This document shows, piece by piece, positions 47,870-60,495 of a stretch of 64,000 nucleotides of DNA. A program made the position numbers and the translations under genes. Below the pieces are notes generated by a model, which was not told where the DNA came from, ran no database searches, and saw only the letters and a program-made list of their open reading frames with translations. The DNA comes from Scyliorhinus canicula (Eukaryota), in NCBI RefSeq assembly GCF_902713615.1, contig NC_052161.1, positions 117,282,636 through 117,346,635 of the forward strand, given 5' to 3'. The stretch's first letter is position 1, and the number at the start of each line of letters is the position of its first letter.

Positions 47870-50800
47870 TTTGCAGCACTGGGCCAGGTCGTGCCGGGTG
47901 AAACCACAGGGCATCAGGTACATGACTCTATGTATGGAGAGACGCATAGAGAAGCGTATGGGCCCTGCCCAGTGTCTCCGTACAGGGGGCAGCTGAGAAA
48001 TGTATTACAGAGAGTCGTAGAGAGACATGTATATGGCCTTCCCATTGGCACCATACAAAGAGTCCACATACAGGTCTGATGAGGAGACTAGTGCAGTGGA
48101 TGAATTCAGGAAATTGTCACCACAGCGCCAGGCTGCACTGATGGAGATGTCAAAAAACTAGGAAAGCCCACCTTCAGTCTCCCTGTCCTTAACTCTCTTC
48201 ACGCCTTGATTGACAACAGGAGAGATGAAATGTATGTATCGTTGAGGGAGGCGGTAAAAAAATAGACTGTCTTTTTGATACAGGGGCGAAGTTAACATGT
48301 CTTCCTCTTGTATATGCAAAACTGTTTCTTTTGGATCACAACATAACTGTAGCCAATGGTGCAGGAGGTAATACACTGATTGTCAAAAGAACTCATCCCA
48401 ATCGAATAGAATTTGGCCCACGTGAATTGATTTTTCCAGTCTGGATAGGCCCAGTGGACCAGGCCATTCTGGGTCTTGATATTCTAGCCCAATTGAATTA
48501 TTTTCTAAACTTTGAGACTGGAAAGGTAACATGGTCAATTAGAGTCTTCAAGAAGGATCAGCTCAACTGAAGGGTTTTATGGAGCAGATGGGGGTGTGTA
48601 TCCCTGGAGGTTCGCGCGGCCGAGAACGAAGGAGTTCTCTTTTTTTTCTCCCACGTTCATCAGGTTTATTGACCACATAGACTTCTTTGTCTTGAGCAGG
48701 GCGTTAATCCCAAAGGTGGTGGGGACAGAATACTCAGCAATCACAGTCTCGGACCATGCCCTGCACTGGGTGGACCTGCGGCTTATGAGGAGAGAGGGCA
48801 GCGCCCACTCTGGAGACTGGATGTGGGGCTGCTGGCGGACGAAGAGGCGGATTAGCAGGAACATCCAGGATTACCTGGAAACAAATGATATGGGTGAGGT
48901 ATCAGCGGCAATGGTCTGGGAGGCACTGAAGGCAGTTGTCAGAGGGGAACTCATCTCAATTCGATCCCATAGGGAAAAGAGAGAAAGAGCCGAGAGAGAG
49001 AGACTGGTGAAGGAGATACTCAGAGTGGACAGGAGATACCCGGAGGCCCCCTAGGCAGGGCTACTGAGGGAGCAGCAGAGTCTTCAAGCGGCGTTTGAAC
49101 TGCTGACCACGGGGAAAGTGGTAGCACAGCTGAGGAAGGCAAGGGGGGGTGGGGGCAGTCTATGAGTATGGGGAGAAAGCGAGTAGAATGCTGGCACACC
49201 AACTGTGAAAGAGGGAGACCGCCAGGGAAATCGGGGGAGTAAAGAATAAGGAGGGTAACACTGTCTTGGATCCAGGGGGGGTGAACAGAGTCTTTAAGGA
49301 GTTCTATAGCAAACTATACGAGTCGGAAACCCCGACGGGAGCAGAAGGGATGAGACGATTTTTGGACCAGTTGAGGTTTCCAAAGGTGGAAGAGGACCTG
49401 GTGGAGGGGCTGGGGGCCCTGATTGAATTGGAGGAGATTGTCACGGGTATAGAGGGCATGCAATCGGGTAAAGCCCTGGGGCCAGACGTTTACCAGGTAG
49501 AATTGTATAAGAAATTTTTGGAAATATTGAGCCCACTCCTGATGAGGACCTTCAATGAGGCTAGAGAGAAAGAAGCCCCCCCCCCCCCCCCCCCCCCCCC
49601 CCAACATTGTCACAGGCTTTGATCTCACTCATTCTTAAATGAGGGAAGGACCCGGAACATTGCGGGTCATACAGGCCGATTTCGCTTTTAAACGTGGATG
49701 CCAAATTGCTAGCTAAGATTCTGGCCATAAAAATTGACGATTGTGTCCCAGGGGTGATAGAGGAAGACCAGACTGGGTTTGTTAAAGGCAGACAACTCAA
49801 TACCAATGCCCGGAGACTTTTGAATATTATGATGCCCTCAGAGGGAGGGGAGGCGGAGGTGGTAACAGCAATGGACGCAGAGAAAGCCTTTGACCTGGTG
49901 GAGTGGGAGTACCTGTGGGAAACGCTGGGGAGGTTCGGGTTTGGTGAGGGCTTTATTGGCTGGGTGAAATTGCTGTACCAGGCGCCTGTAGCAAGTGTAT
50001 GTACAAACCGGCTGAGGTTGGGGTACTTCGAGCTTCACCGGGGAACGAGGCAGGGGTGTCCCCTCTCCCCGTTACTATTTGCCCTAGCTATAGAATCACT
50101 AGCTATGGCGCTGAGAGCCTCAAGGAACCGGCGGGGACTGGTTCGCGGGGGGGACGGGGACATCGGGTCTCGCTGTACGCGGATGATTTGCTCCTGTACA
50201 TTTCGGACCCTGTGGAGGGGATGGGGGAGGTTCTGCGGATCCTGAGGGATTTTGGTAGCTTTTCAGGGTACAAACTGAACATGGGAAAGAGCGAGTTGTT
50301 TGTGCTCCAGGCCAAGGGGCAGGAGGAGAGACTGAAAGCTGCCGCTCAGGATGGTGGAGAAAAGTTTTTGTTACCTGGGTATACAGGTGGCCAGGAAATG
50401 GGATGCCCTGCACAGGCTCAACATGACACGGTTGGTGGAGGAAATGGAAGGGAACTTTAAAAGGTGGGACATGCTCCCGCTGTCATTGGCAGGGAGGGTG
50501 CAGACCGTGAAAATGACTGTCCTCCCCAGATTTTTGTTTGTCTTTCAGTGCCTCCCCACCTTCATCCATAAGGCCTTCTTTAAGCGGGTGAGTAGGATCA
50601 TTACGGGCTTTGTGTGGCCGAGTAAGACACCGCGAGTAAGGAGGTCGCTGTGTCGCTGCACCGCGAGTGCAGTCGGGGGGGGTTGGCGCTGCCGAATTGC
50701 AACTACTACTGGGCGGCCAATATAGCTATGATTAGGAAGTGGCCGATTGGTGGGGTGGGGGGGCGATGTGGGAACAGCTGGAGGCGGCATCATGTAAAGG

Positions 50801-52400
50801 TACTCGTCTGGGAGCTTTGATAACGGCTCCTTTGCCGTTCTTGCCGACCCGTTACTCCACAAGTCTGGTGGTGGTGGGGACAGTGGAGGAGGTACAAGAA
50901 GGTAAAGGGAGCGTTGGTCTGGACCCCGATATGCAACAACCACAGATTTGTCCCGGGTAGGATGGATGGTGGGTTCCAGAGCTGGCAAAGGGCAGGCATC
51001 AGAATGATGGGAGATCTGTTCATAGACGGAAGCTTTTCCAGTTTGAAGGTGCTAGAGGACAAATTTAATCTGCCACCAGGAAATGCCTTTAAATATCTGC
51101 AAGTACAAGCCTTCCTGAAAAAACAGGTAGTGGCCTTTCCCACACTGCTGCCAATGAGGATACAGGATAGGGTGGTCTCTGGCACCTGGGTGGGGGAGGG
51201 GAGGGTGTCGGATATCTATCAGGAACTACAGGAGGCGGAGGAAACACCGGTGGAGGAGCTCAAGGGCAAGTGGGAGGAGGAGCTAGGTGAGGAGTTGGAA
51301 GCGGGTCTGTGGGCAGAGGTCCTAGGCAGGGTTAATTCCTCCTCATCATGTGTCAGGCTTAGTCTAATTCAATTTAAGGTGGTCCACTGGGCACACATGA
51401 CAGCAGCAAGAATGAGCAAGTTTTTAGGGGTAGAAGACAGTTGCATGAGGTGCAAGGGCAGCCCTGCAAACCATGTCCACATATTTTGGGCATGGCCAGA
51501 GCTTAGAGTATTCTGGCAAGGGTTCGTGAGGGCAATGTCCAAGGTGCTTAACACATGGGTGGTGCCAAGTCCAGAGATAGCGATCTTTGGAGTGTCAGAA
51601 GACCCGGGAGTTCAGGGGGCGAAAGAGGCCGACGTCTTTGCATTTGCCTCCCTAGTAGCCCGGAGACGGATTTTATTAATGTGGAGGGACTCGAAGCCAC
51701 TGAGTGTAGAGACTTTGGTTACTGACATGGCTGGGTTTCTCAGCCTCGAGAAAATAAAGTTTGCCTTATGGGAGTCTACGATCGGGTTCTCTCAGAGGTG
51801 GCAGCCGTTTGTCGACTTTCTCGGTGAAAATTAAAATGTCAGCAGCAGCAGCAATACGTGGGGGGAGGTGGGGGGGTTGTTACTGGATATTCTCTGTTTT
51901 GTTATTATGGTTACTTCTGTTTTATTATGAAAAATTCTGCAAAACCTTAATAAAAATACTTTTTTAAAAAAAGGATCAGCTCAACGAACATCCAATTTGG
52001 GCCAAAGATAAGAATGATTGTACTACACATGGAACCGGAGTCATTTACTGGAATTGCTTTACCATACACCAAACAATATCCCATCAACCTGTCCTCCATT
52101 GAGGGAATGCTACCTATAGCAAAGCAATTGGAGGAAAGGGGTGTATTGATTAAAACACACAGCTCATCGAATAGTCCAGTTTGGCATGTGAAAAAGGTAA
52201 ATGGCACATGGTGCCTGACTGTCGACTACGGAAAGCCAAACCTGTGCATTGATAAGAAAGCTCTTTTGGTGGCTGACCCTTGCACAATTTTTAATGCCCG
52301 AACAACAGAACTTGAATGGTTTTCAGTTATAGACATGGCCTATGGCTTTTGGTTGGTACCACTAGCACAGGAGGTGCAACCGTGGTTTGCCTTTACCATT
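47870..52400 (+). mobile_element. endogenous retrovirus pro-pol remnant (class III/spuma-related-like), interrupted by L1
   Basis: Protease IDCLFDTGAKLTCLP (DTGA at 48277) ... ILGLDILAQL. RT QYPINLSSIEG..LEERGVLIKTHSSSNSPVWHVKKVNGTWCLTVDY..IDMAYGFWLVPL..WFAFT (52014-52400). Confidence 0.8.
48568..51970 (+). mobile_element. 5'-truncated L1 (ORF2) with 15-bp TSD
   Basis: SDHA endonuclease end, KALGPD, DAEKAFD, RQGCPLSP, YADD, C-terminal domain, AATAAA+A tail. TSD AAGGATCAGCTCAAC at 48553-48567 and 51971-51985. Confidence 0.95.
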
Positions 52401-52485
52401 CGACGTGGATGTCCTGGTCCACCCACGTCGACGCTACCACCAAGAAAGCACAACAGCGCCTATACTTCCTCAGGAAACGAAGGAC

Positions 52486-52633
52486 CTGCACATCTTTGGG
52501 TTGTGGGGGTGAGACTCACACAGACACAGGGAGAATGTGCAAATTCCACATGGATAGTGACCCATGGCTGGGATCGGACCGGGTCCTCAGTGCCCTGAGG
52601 CAGCAGTGCTAACCACTGTACCACCGTGATGCC
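52486..52633 (-). mobile_element. tRNA/V-SINE fragment
   Basis: Family match. Confidence 0.8.
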
Positions 52634-53326
52634 TTCCAGAGAAGTAGAATTGAGAAACAGAGACATTGGGCAAAGTTTAATGGAGGCAACAGGTCTTGCC
52701 CATCAGTTGGAGAGCTAGCATGAGCCCTGTTTATTCTCTGTTAGCGAACACCCACTATATTGCTGTCACTCAGCCTAGGCACTTGGTTGGACAGTGGCAG
52801 ACTTCCCCGGGATCATGGTCTCCTGGGGCAGATATCCCACCTGCCAAGTATTGTCATGCAATCAAGAGCCCAGCATTTCTATTGACTGGCAACACCAGTG
52901 GTGAGGTGGTGCTGCTGGTACGACATCTACCCAAGGCCTAAAAATCATCACTGGATCCTAGCAGATGCTGGAAGTTGTGGGATAGAGCCGCAGTGGATAT
53001 AGAAAGGAAATAGAGGCATTGAAGCTGCAACAAAGATCATAAGGTTGATACCCCTGTTATAGAAATGGGAGGTTACAATGACGAAGGAAAAATTGAATAG
53101 GCTTGGAACTCTAAAAGAGAAAGCTGAATGAAAGTTAACCTAATCTTAAGATTATGAAAGAGTTTGATAATGCATAGATAAATTTTTTCCACTTTTAGGG
53201 GAGACAATAAAGAGGCCATAAAAATAAGACGTGTGACCAATAAAGGAATTCAAGAGGGACATTTTAACATACCTAGAGTGGTTAGAAGTGGGTGAGTAAT
53301 TGAGACAAACAACATTGAAGCAATAT

Positions 53327-53500
53327 GACCCGGGTTCGGATCCCGGCCCTGGGTCACGGTCCGTGTGGAGTTTGCACATTCTCCCCGTGTCTGCGCGGGT
53401 TTCACCCCCACAACCCAAAGATGTGCAGGGTAGGTAGATTGGCCACTCTAAATTGCCCCTTAATTGGAAAAAATAATTGGGTACTCTAAATTTAAAAAAA
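53327..53500 (+). mobile_element. 5'-truncated tRNA/V-SINE short form
   Basis: TSD AACATTGAAGCAATATG. Confidence 0.85.
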
Positions 53501-53937
53501 ACATTGAAGCAATATGGAAATCAGATAAACACAAAAGGGTATAGAGGTTATGCTGTTAATGTTGGATGAAATAGGATGGGATGAGGTGCGTGAGGAGCAG
53601 AAAAATATATTTTCCTGCGCTGTGCATTCTCTGCCCAAGTGCCATTGCCTGAGATTAAATTTTGCCTGAAATTAAGTTGCAGGAGTGGAGCAAGATGAAG
53701 GTTCAAATTTGAGAGGCCGTTTTTTTTAGGGCAGATATGGGGAAATTCTGTAAATTAGGGCAGATATGGAAAAAAATGTAAACTGATCTGCAAAAACTCA
53801 GTTTGCACCGTGGCAAAAAGTGATCGGTATTGGTTTCCAAATAAGTGGTGCAGTCCAGGACCCAAGAACCATTTAAGAAAACAAAACCGAGTCGCGCTGC
53901 CGGCATCTCTGGACCTGAAGAGATGAATCAAAATGCC

Positions 53938-54031
53938 CTTCGTGTGTGAGTCCAGACTGTGAGTATGCACAGGCCATTTGATCTTGCTATAGCCGCCCAC
54001 TTTAGTCACTGTTCTCACCCATTCGCACACA
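53938..54031 (+). repeat. 94-bp direct repeat, copy 1
   Basis: Identical to 54741-54834. Confidence 0.9.
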
Positions 54032-54440
54032 CGCGTCTAAATCTTCAATACTGACAGCAAAGTGTCAACAGAAAAGCAGCGCACGGTTTGTAGATCCATT
54101 TTCATCGGCGCTGAGGGACATTAAAAAAGTAGAATCTGAGAATTGGAAGGGCATTGGAGCGAGCGGTCTGCCGGCAGCCGCAGGCCTGGATTGCGCTGAT
54201 TTTTGACGCAGGCCTCGAAGCCATGGCAACCCCTTCGGGGAGAGGCGACGGCGCAAAAGCGGAAGTTGGCGTCAACGAGGAGCCGAGGCGTTTATTTTCT
54301 CTTTTAAAGTCCTTTTTTTTGTTTGTTCCTTGAGGCCTGACGGTCCCCTTTTGTCGTGTAAGGTGTGACCGATTCCCAGGCTTGCTTCGCAGAGATCGGT
54401 GCGTGTGACCGGGGACAAGGAGAGTCCGGGTAAAGGCGGC
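54032..54440 (+). promoter_or_regulatory. CpG island: probable DNAJC16 promoter and non-coding exon 1
   Basis: Non-repeat CpG-rich block with GCGGAAGT ETS motif (~54259) and candidate donors GTAAGG (~54358) and GTAAAG (~54430). The downstream DNAJC16 ATG lies 1 nt after a splice acceptor, so an upstream non-coding exon is expected. Confidence 0.65.
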
Positions 54441-54740
54441 TTCTCTCAGTCAGAGCTGTTAACACAATGGGGCAAATGACAGGCCAGGAGACAGCATTAA
54501 ATAGGACAATATAAAAGGCGAGGCTTGACAAGAATTCCGCACTCATTAAAATAATCTCTTAAATGCTGTAATTTAACCTCGTTTCTTTTTCCTTGCTCGG
54601 TTGAGTGATCCAGGATTTATTTTTTCCCCTCTCTCTTGCTCTTTTATTCTCCTGCAGATTTACCTCCCTTCTCGGCTGTAGGCTGGTGTACAGATCAATG
54701 GCAGCTGGTTGTTCTCTGGCAACTTGTCCATGTGGCCTTT

Positions 54741-54834
54741 CTTCGTGTGTGAGTCCAGACTGTGAGTATGCACAGGCCATTTGATCTTGCTATAGCCGCC
54801 CACTTTAGTCACTGTTCTCACCCATTCGCACACA
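54741..54834 (+). repeat. 94-bp direct repeat, copy 2 (inside an old minus-strand interspersed repeat ~54650-54900)
   Basis: Identical to 53938-54031; the surrounding sequence loosely resembles 47300-47560 in reverse. Confidence 0.9.
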
Positions 54835-55067
54835 TGCCAGCAGGAGCTGCTGGACAGTGGGCGTCAGCAGCAGATTTATTCTCCATTACTAGCCCAAGTT
54901 GTCCACTTCTACCCTTGTACCGATGGTGGAAAATCTTATCACCTACCTGACCTAATTTAGCAGAGTCACAGAATTATTTATTACCAGTGCAGAAGGAGGA
55001 CATTTGGTCCATCATGTCTGCACCGGCTCTCCGAATGAGCATTTTGTCTAGTGCCATTCTTAGTCTT

Positions 55068-55395
55068 AGAACATAGAACAGTACAGCACAGAACAGGCCC
55101 TTCGGCCCTCGATGTTGTGCCGAGCAATGATCACCCTACTTAAACCCGCGTAACCCGTATACCCGTAACCCAACAATCCCCCAATTAACCTTACACTACG
55201 GGCAATTTAGCATGGCCAATCCACCTAACCCGCACATCTTTGGACTGTGGGAGGAAACCGGAGCACCCGGAGGAAACCCACGCACACACGGGGAGGACGT
55301 GCAGACTCCACACAGACAGTGACCCAGCCGGGAATCGAACCTGGGACCCTGGAGCTGTGAAGCATTGATGTTAACCACCATGCTACCGTGAGGCC
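55068..55395 (-). mobile_element. HE1-type SINE with CR1-like tail
   Basis: Reverse complement of the 32458-32815 family. Confidence 0.88.
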
Positions 55396-55701
55396 CTGTA
55401 ACCTTGCATGTTCTTCCTTTTCAAATAAGTCTAATTCCCTTTTGAATGCCTCGATTAAGCCTGCCTCCACCACGCTCTCAGGCAGACCGTAATCACTTGC
55501 TGTGTGAAAAAGCTTTTTCTCTTATTTCTTTTGCCAATAACTTAAATACTGCCCTCTTGTTCTCAATCATTTCACAAGTGGAAACCGTTTCTCCCCATCT
55601 ACTCTGTCAAGACCCCTGATGGTTTTGAATACCGCTATCAAATCTCCTTGTCCGTCTTCTCTTCAAGGAAAATAGTCCTAACTTTGCCAAGCTGTCTTCA
55701 T

Positions 55702-58700
55702 TTTAAAAAAAATTTTATTCTCCTTTTTCACATTTCTCCCAAATTTACACCCACCAACAATAAACAATAAACAGTAACGAATATAATGTCAATCCCCATA
55801 TCAATAACAACAATCCCATCCTCCCACCAAACCCCAAACATTAGCCCGCATGTTCACATAAACAAATGACAAAAAGGAATCAAGAATCACCCATAGTCAC
55901 CATTAACACACAGTCCCCACTCCCTACCCCTCCCAACCACCCCCCCCCCCCAAACTAATGTTTGATGTTATCCAGTGCTGGTCCGAGGAGACAGAAGAGC
56001 TCTTATATGACTGCTTAGAGACAGTGGACTGGTCCATATTTAAGAACTCAGCGACCAACTTAAATGAGTATGCCACCACCGTCACAGACTTCATCAGCAA
56101 ATGTGTGGACGACTGTGTGCCAAAGAAAGCAGTACGTACGTTCCCCAACCGGAAACCGTGGCTCAATTGCGAGATTGACTCCCTACTGAAGGACAGATCT
56201 GAGGCGTTCAAGACAGACGGCCCTGACCTATACAAGAAATCCAGGTACGACCTCCGCAAAGCCATCCAAGATGCCAAGAGAGAATATCAAACCAAACTAG
56301 AGTCACAGACAGACTCTCGGTGGTTATGGCAAGGACTAAACAACATAATGGGCTACAAAGTGAAGCCGAACAGTAGCTCTGGCAGCAGCGCACCCCTTCC
56401 CGATGAACTCAATGTATTCTGTGCTCGGTTCGAGGAGGTAACCAGCAATCCGCTGTCGAGTGCCCCAGCAGCCCATAATTCACCCATACCCACCATCACA
56501 GCTTCCGAAGTCAGATCGGCCTTCCTGAAAGTGAACCGTCGGAAGACAACAGGCCCGGACGGGATCCCTGGTCGTGCACTCGGAGCCTGCGCGGACCAGC
56601 TGGCAGAGGTATTCGCGGACATCTTTAACCTGTCCCCACTCCACTCCGAGGTCCCCACCTGCTTCAAGAAGACCATCATCATACCGGTACCAAAGAAGAA
56701 CCAGGCAACGTGCCTCAATGACTACCGTCTGGTGGCCCTGACTTCAGTCATAATGAAGTGCTTCGAGAGGTTGATCATGAAGCGCATCACCTCCATACTC
56801 CCAGAACGCCTTGATCTACTGCAATTCGCATACCGTTGCAACCGGTCCACATCAGACACCATTTCCATGGCCCTACACTCATCCCTAGAGCATCTCGAAA
56901 ACAAGGACTCCTACATCAGACCTCTATTTATTGACTACAGCTCCGCCTTCAACACCATAATCTCATCCAAGCTCATATCAAAGCTCCAAAACCTAGGACT
57001 TGGCTCCCAACTCTGCAACTGGATCCTCGATTTTCTGACCAACAGACCACAATCAGTAAGATTGAACAACAACACCTCCTCCACAATAGTCCTCAACACC
57101 GGGGCCCCACAAGGCTGCGTACTTAGCCCCCTACTCTACTCCCTGTACACACGACTGCGTGGCAAAACTTGGTTCCAACTCCATCTACAAGTTTGCTGAC
57201 GATACGACCATAGTGGCCGTATCTCGAATAACGACGAGTCAGAATACAGGAGGGAGATAGAGAACCTTGTGGAGTGGTGTAGCGACAACAATCTCTCCCT
57301 CAATGCCAGCAAAACTTAAGAGCTGGTCATTGACTTCAGGAAGCAGAATACTGTACGCACCCCTGTCAGCATCAACGGGGCCCAGGTGGACATGGTTAGC
57401 AGTTTCAAATTCCGAGGGGTGCACATCTCCAAAAATCTGTCCTGGTCCACCCACGTCGATGCTACCACCAAGAAAGCACAACAGCGCCTATACTTCCTCA
57501 GGAAACTAAGGAAATTCAGCATGTCCACATTAACCCTTACCAACTTTTACAGATGCACCATAGGAAGCATCCTATCGGGCTGCATCACAGCCTGGTATGA
57601 CAACTGCTCGGCCCAGGACCGCAAGAAACTTCAGAGAGTCGTGAACACCGCCCAGTCCATCACACAAACCTGCCTCCCATCCATTGACTCCATCTACACC
57701 ACCCGCTGCCTGGGGAAAGCGGGCAGCATAATCAAAGATCCCTCCCACCCGGCTTACTCACTCTTCCAACTTCTTCCATCGGGCAGGAGATACGGAAGTC
57801 GAGAACAAGCACGAACAGACTCAAAAACAGCTTCTTCTCCATGGTTACCAGACTTCTAAATGACCCTCTTACGGACTGACCTCATTAACACTACACCCTG
57901 TATGCTTCATCTGATGCCAGTGCTTATGTAGTTACATTGTATATGTTGTGTTGCCCTATTATGTATTTTCTTTTGTTCCCTTTTCTTCCCATATACTTAA
58001 TGATCTGTTGAGCTGCTCGCAGAAAAATACTTTTCACTGTACCTCGGTACACGTGACAATAAACAAATCCAATCCAATCCAATTATCCAGTTCTTGAAAA
58101 TGCATAATGAGTAATGCCTATGAATTGTACAACCCCTCCATCCTTCCCCTCAGTTCAAAACTTAACCTTCTCAAGAGCCAAGAATTCCAACAGTGTCCCC
58201 GCGCCAGGGCACAGGGTGGAGAGGTTGCTCTCCATCCCAATAGGATCCACCTTCGGGCAATCAACAAGGCGAAGGCGAACATCTGCATCCGTTTCCAACC
58301 CCGGTTGGTCCGACACCCCGAATATGGCCTCCCGAGGACTAGGGTCCAGTTTCACGTGCACCACTTTAGAGGTTATCCTAATAACCTCCATCCAGTAATC
58401 CTCCAGCTTTGGACAGGACCAAAACATATGAACGTGATTTGCGGGCCCCCCCTGCAACTTCCACACACATCTTCTACCCCTTCAAAGAATCGGCTCATCC
58501 TCTCCCTCATGAGGTGTGCTCTGTATGCCACCTTCAGCTATATCAGCCCCAACCTTGCGCACGAGGTGGAGGCATTCACTCTCTGGAGCACCTCCATATC
58601 CTCTCCCAACTCTTGAAATAAAATGAAAATCGCTTATTGTCACAAGTAGGCTTCAAATGATGTTACTGTGAAAAGCCCCTAGTCACCACATTCCAGCGCC

Positions 58701-59086
58701 TGTTCGTGGAGGCTGCTCCTCCCATTTCGCTTTGATTCCTTCCAGTGGTGCCTTCTCCTTTTCCAAAATAGCCCCGTAAACCACTGACACTACCCCCTTT
58801 TCCAGTCCCCCTGTCATCAGCACCTCCTCCAGCAATGTGGAGGCTGGCTTCACCAGAAGCTGTATCTCCTTTCTGGGAAAATCTCGAACCTACATGTATC
58901 TAAACATTTTCCCCTGTTCCAGCCCATATGTCACTTACAGTTCCTTCAATCCTGCAAACCGACCCCTAAGAAACAAATCCTTTAGTGTCTTAATCCCCTT
59001 CTCCTCCCATTTCTGAAAATTTCCATCCCACTTCCCTGGCTCAAATCTGTGGTTCCCCCGAATCAGCATTTCCCTTGACCCTGCAC
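55702..59086 (-). mobile_element. L1 3' fragment with TSD CTGTCTTCAT
   Basis: GPANHVHMFWSCPKLEDYW; TSD at 55692-55701 and 59091-59100. Confidence 0.85.
55977..58082 (+). mobile_element. Rex1/Babar-clade LINE, 5'-truncated, young
   Basis: 413-aa ORF WSEETEELLYDCLETVDWSIF..QFAYR..FIDYSSAFNTI..GAPQGCVLSPLLYSLYT, KFADD; tail GTGACAATAAAC(AATCC)n. TSD TTATCCAGT at 55968-55976 and 58083-58091. Confidence 0.88.
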
Positions 59087-60149
59087 CAATCTGTCTTCAT
59101 AACTGAAGTTTCTCATCCCTGGAACTATTCTTATGAATCTTTTCTGCATTGTCTACAATGCCTTACTAAAATGTGGTAGCCAGAACTGAATGGAGTATTC
59201 TAGCTGAGGCCAAATTAGTGTCTTCTACAAGTTCAACATAACCTCCTTGCTCTTGCACTCTAAAATCATCCAATACATCAAAATATGCTTAGTTCTCTAC
59301 GCCATTCTGGAGTCTAAGGAAGACTGAAAATTTGCGCAATTTCCACTCTCGCTGCCTTCCGTTTCGTTGGGTGCATTTCATCCGGTACCAGTATCTTATC
59401 AAGTACAGGTCCTCTTTAACACTCTTATGTCTGAATTGTCTCCTCTTTTACCGTGGCCTGGGTAGCATCTTCTTCCTTGCTAAAGGCAGCTGCAAAGTAT
59501 TAATTTAATACTTCAGCTATGCCCCTTCCCTATGTGTGATGTTAATTGGATCCACAGTGAGGTTAAAACAAAGACATAGTTGCTTTCTATGCTGGAGAAA
59601 GTTTAGTAACTTAGTTCAACACTACTCCCCATCCCCAATGTCCCATCTATCCCAATTTATAGTACAAATACCAATCACTTTTTAAACAGTGTAATTATAT
59701 TAAACCGTGACAAATGTAATTTCCAATATAGCATAACAATGGAATTATTAAGAATTGATATATAAATTCTCTTTTTTGCCTTGAATCAGCCCTCCTCCTT
59801 TTACCACCCTTTTATTGTTTGTATACCGATGGAAAACTTTGAGATTCACTTTTATGTTAGCTGCTGGTCTCTTCCTCTTTGCTTCTCTTACTTGCTTTTT
59901 CACCTCTCCTCTGAATGGTCTATATTCAACCTGATTCCAAAATTGCATTTTCCACCTGACATTGTGTCAGAAGCACACTTGTTCTTTATCTTAATTTCTG
60001 TCTCATTTGTCATCCAGAGAGCTCTGGATTTGTTTGCCCTACCTTTCCCTTTTGGGGGGATATATCGGGACAGTGCCTGAACTAGCTTTTTTTTATTGTA
60101 CCCATGTTCAGCTACTGTTTTAACGGAGTCAAGAATGAACTTTTGTTTT

Positions 60150-60495
60150 CATAGAATTTACAGTGCAGAAGGAGGCCATTCGGCCCATCGAGTCTGCACC
60201 GGCTCCTGGAAAGAGCACCCTACCCAAGGTTAACACTTCCACCCTATCCCCATAACCCAGTAACCCCACCCAACACTAAGGGCAATTTTGGACACTAAGG
60301 GCAATTTAACATGGCCAATCCACCTAACCTGCGCATCTTTGGACTGAGAGAGGAAACCGGAGCACCCGGAGGAAACCCACGCACACACGGGGAGGATGTG
60401 CAGACTCCGCACAGACAGTGACCCAAGCCGGAATCGAACATGGGACCCTGGAGCTGTGAAGCGATTGTGCTATCCACAATGCTACCGTGCTGCCC
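60150..60495 (-). mobile_element. HE1-type SINE with CR1-like tail
   Basis: Family match. Confidence 0.85.

Larger units (their letters stand above)
54960..59260 (-). mobile_element. CR1 3' fragment hosting nested SINE, L1 and Rex-Babar insertions
   Basis: CR1-type sequence at 55400-55700 resumes at 59090-59260. Confidence 0.7.

Noticed and set aside
52634-53080. Retroviral env remnant and polypurine tract
   Set aside because: Only suggestive; no recognisable furin, CX6CC or transmembrane motif could be read, so it is not called as a feature.
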